Assembly: GCF_018350175.1 (NCBI RefSeq)
Contig: NC_058368.1
Span: forward strand, 188,978,001-189,042,000
DNA from: Felis catus
Lineage: Eukaryota
Reading direction: 5' to 3'
Length of the DNA stretch: 64,000 bases
Positions 60,163 to 64,000 of the stretch are shown one piece after another. The notes beneath the pieces were generated by a model, which worked only from the letters and a program-made list of their open reading frames with translations, was not told the origin of the DNA and did not search any database. Each line of letters starts with the position of its first letter. Within the stretch, counting starts at the first letter, position 1. The position numbers and the translations under genes were made by a program.

Positions 60163-63100
60163 AATGAGTATATATTTTTTTGAGGGGAGGAAGAGTATAG
60201 CTTCATTTAAAAGGCCCATGATCCTCACAAAGAGCTATAATTTTCCCTTCTTTATTTTGTCTTTAACTGACTTATTTTTCGGTTAAGTTATTCCACTTGT
60301 CATTATTATATCAGGCCCATTTCAGAGATGGGACAACTGAGGCTCAGAGAGGCCAAGTAATCTGCTTAAGCTTATGCAGCTGGTAAACGGAGTTTTCTAT
60401 CTCACCAGACTTCCTCACTGTTAATCTGTTCAGAATCTTTCAGTGCTATTCAAATAGGACTGCATCTCAAACAGCACTCAAGGCACATAATGCACATATA
60501 TGAATGCATATAATTTGCCAAAGTTCTCTGGAAAATAAGTGAAGATTATCAATATTATGGCTGGCTATTGCTCAACAAAGCACCAGGTGCTGGCATTAAC
60601 ACTGCTCTACAGATGAGGAAACAGAGGCATGCATTTACAATGCTAGTAAGTGCCAGAGCACGGATTTGAGCCAACTGTATTGAGCTCCAGAGCTAGTATC
60701 CCTAAGCTCTGACTCCTAGAATTAAGAAAAAGGAATTTGAAGAAAAAAGGCAATTTTGCAAACCAATGCTAAAAAAATCCTCAAGCTTGGCTAGGGATGG
60801 GGGTGGGGGGGGGTGGTAGAGGAAGAGGGCAATGGTAGTATGGACTGAAGTTAGCTCACAAAGGGCCGAGCCAAGCAAAAGTGGCAACGTGAATGAAAAA
60901 CATGCACATAGAAACACTGGAGATAATTCTTTTTCTCTTTAGCAGTAGAGTCATTATCATAGGGACTTGTAATGTCAGTTATTCCAATAGCTGGATTCTG
61001 GAACGGAACCTCTTGCAAGTTCTTTTTTAGCACTGAGCTCTTGATGAGGGTAACTGTGTTTATCCTACTTCGTATCACATCCGCTGGGCAGAAGAATCAA
61101 TGTAATTACTCATTAGTTCAGGGAGAAGTCACAGGAGGAGCAAGGGCTAACTCCTGTTTCCCCCTTACAGTCCAAAATCCTCCTCTTGGACTGAAGCCCT
61201 GAGAAAGAGACACTAGGAGGTAGGTCTTCAACCTTGCTCACTATTTGCAGCCTTGAGTTACACTTCAATTAAGCATCAGAGGAATAAGAACTGAGCCCCA
61301 GCAGTCTCAAGGCAGTGGATTTTAATTGCAGTTATACTCAGGACCATCTGTAAAGCCTTGAGAATTTACAGTTATCATTCGTCTAGAGGTACATATAATA
61401 ACCGGTGATGTTGGACAATTTAAGAAGCAAAGCAAACTGTATTTTTGCCTCCCTTAGATATCCTTAAAGTACAACATAGTTCCAACATGCATATATCACT
61501 TACTCAAGTTTAACTATACGTACTTGTCCAAATATATAAATATACACATCTGTATACACTCACACCAAACACATACATACACATACATAGGTATGACAGT
61601 AAATTTCTCTGTTTACTCAGTGGTCCTTTGACTTTCAAACTAGATATTTATTCTGCTTTGCCCTAGGGAAAGGGAAGCCACAACCCAAAGACAAAGAGAA
61701 ACAGAAGTAGTTAATTTTCGGCTTTTGTGTTTCTAAGAGGCCAGGCCTTGGCGACTTAAAAGATTTTCAAGGGTAATTTTGACTCTAGGCAGTTTTTGTT
61801 TCATGTGCTGACTTTACAACCCACCCCTGAAAAAGGCACCTCTGTCCATAGCCTTCTCTTTAAGCAGAGACTTTTATCCTGATCAGAAAGTCGATTTCCA
61901 AGGCCACTCAGCAGGACCTAACCCAGAGCGTCGGTCTTAAACCAGTACAATGAATTGGAATAAGAAGAGCCGGCCAGAGGTTACCAAGTTCAGCTCTGTA
62001 CCTCCAAGCAGGTCATATTCACAAGGGTGCAGGCACCATTTTTCACTGTATTTGTGGCGGGAAGCACCCCAGGCTCCCATTCACCAATTACCATGACACC
62101 ATTTAGAAGAGAATGCCAGGAGACCAAAAAGAGGGGGAAAAGCCATTGTCATAACTCTTCTCAGGAATACCTGGTTTCACAATTTATACTTAACTGCTGA
62201 CACTTGAAAAGTCGAACATTTTGGTAAAATGAATCAAGCTGTAATGTTTCTTTTATGAGATCCCCTTGCAGGAAAGGGAGGTTTGGCACCTTGTGGAGAC
62301 CAAGCTTAGTTATCCATCATAGTAGTCAGCTGTCCTAGCCAGCTTCTCAGAGGTCACGCGATCGAACCAACAGCTCTTACAACTATATTATTGCTTACGG
62401 AACAGTAATTGAGGCACCAGATAAAAATTACCTGGTCTAATAGGCAGCGAACAATTTTCACTCAATAAAATTATAAGCCAAATCATTCATTTCATAACAC
62501 TCTGGCTAATTTATTTGTTGACCTTTTATTATCCATAGCTCTTCAGTGGTATTAACTGCAACTCAGACAAAATCTCTTGTTCATTTCACTTTCATTGATT
62601 TTTTTTTTCCATTGAGGCAATAACGGCTGCTTGAAAACAGCCTTTTTCTTTCCACTGTAAAAGTCAATCATGTAAGTTAGTATGTCTTACGTTGGTATAG
62701 CTGCCTTAGCTTACAACCCACTTTAATTTCATGTGATTCAGAAGTCTTCTATACCATGTTTGCAACAAAGGCAAAGCTTTCTGCTGTGCCTCTAGCCACA
62801 TGGCATGATGATACATAATAATATGTTTGAGAAGGAAGAGTGCTCTCATTTAATCTGAACATAAAATCAACGTTAAAATTAGAGAAGGTTCAGAAATCCC
62901 CCCACATTTTCTTTAGACTGGGCTAGAAGGACTTCGATGCCTCTTGTATTAATAGCAGTAGACCCTTTCAGATTATTTAATTCCTTTGTTGTGGAAATTT
63001 CTGCAGATTTTAATTGTGGCTTGAATTTTATTTTTCTTTAAAGAATATGGGCAATGTGCATGTGCTAGAACATTCAGTAAGCTTCAGCTGAAGCTTCTTA

Positions 63101-64000
63101 TATAATAAAATACCATGAAGTCTTTAGAATGCAAGGTTGTAAAATATAATTGTTACACATTTGGCATTTTATGCCTCCCTAGAAATAACCACTTGCTACC
63201 TACACCTCATCTATGCTCCTCCTTTCCATTTCAATTTACTCTAAAGTGGTCCTTAGCCATAATGAGAATGCCCCTTTCAACAGAGACATGTTTAATTATA
63301 TCGATGCTAGATGTAAGTGACTCTTCTCAGTCATAGGGCTTCTGAGTAAAGAGTGCTTAAAGTGTGGCACAAAAGGTTTCTAATGCTCTGTGGTAAGCTC
63401 TATTTTGAGTTCATATTACCAGAAAAATGAAAAATTTGAGGAATGTCTCAGAGGATCGGAAACTAAACAGGGCTCAAGTATTATTTTGGTTTGTTTTACT
63501 CCTTCCCTCGCTGCCCTCATTATATGATTTTTTAGAATGCAAAGTCTACCATTGTGGAATTTTCCATTTGGCTGAATAAACACGAAGGAAGTTGGGATCT
63601 AAAACTACCCTCCACAGAAATTACCTCTCAGTACAACTAGTATTTATTGTTTTGTACATCCAGCTCTGCAGGAAATGGGCTGTGAGAAACTTCCAATCAA
63701 TTTTTCAGTTTTCAGGTGTTCCAATCAGCAGTGTCGCCCAGACTTTCAGAAGGAAATGGGGAAAGAGCTAGAACTTAGAGGCTCGTGAGCTGAGTACACT
63801 GTTCAAAATCTGGACCTATTGGTAAACTCTACAGTGAGAAGGCAAATGAAATTAATGCTGATTGTATTGATAGATGTTTATCGCCTCTAAGCTGGGGTGG
63901 GGGAAGCCTCTGCCATTCCACTCCATTTTATGTTGCCGATATTTGGGCCCATTGCATCTTGAATCCCCCGATAAAGCAAAAGAAGATTGGTGATAAATAG

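Noticed and set aside
63079..63096. Perfect 18-bp palindrome AAGCTTCAGCTGAAGCTT
   Set aside because: About 0.25 such palindromes are expected by chance in 64 kb (64000/4^9), and there is no supporting context.
53154..64000. Next EBF1 exon (EVILKRAADLVEALYGM…)
   Set aside because: I did not find it by eye; it presumably lies beyond the window end.

Overview
This is AT-rich mammalian genomic DNA from a feliform carnivore, most likely a cat (Felidae), judged by its many tRNA-derived Can-SINEs of SINEC_Fc type. The window lies entirely inside the EBF1 (COE1/Olf-1) transcription factor gene on the + strand. It holds two coding exons that the ORF track misses: 7223-7349 (127 nt, C-terminal half of the IPT/TIG domain) and 53065-53153 (89 nt, helix 1 of the HLH region). 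A 45,715-nt phase-1 intron separates them. The rest is intronic: 11 Can-SINEs (several with clear target-site duplications), old MIR, L2, L1M and hAT fragments, microsatellites, and several repeat-free blocks rich in CpG or motifs that look like conserved enhancers. I found no RNA genes, no CRISPR array and no other protein-coding gene; the listed ORFs appear spurious. I cannot support a wholly new biological system. The best leads are a young SINE nested antisense in another SINE's tail (a pre-mRNA hairpin), a SINE whose poly(A) tail is replaced by a G-quadruplex-type G-run, a mid-intron AG|GT candidate recursive splice site, a candidate poison exon, and candidate enhancers. Repeat family names and the boundaries of old repeats were assigned by eye and are approximate.
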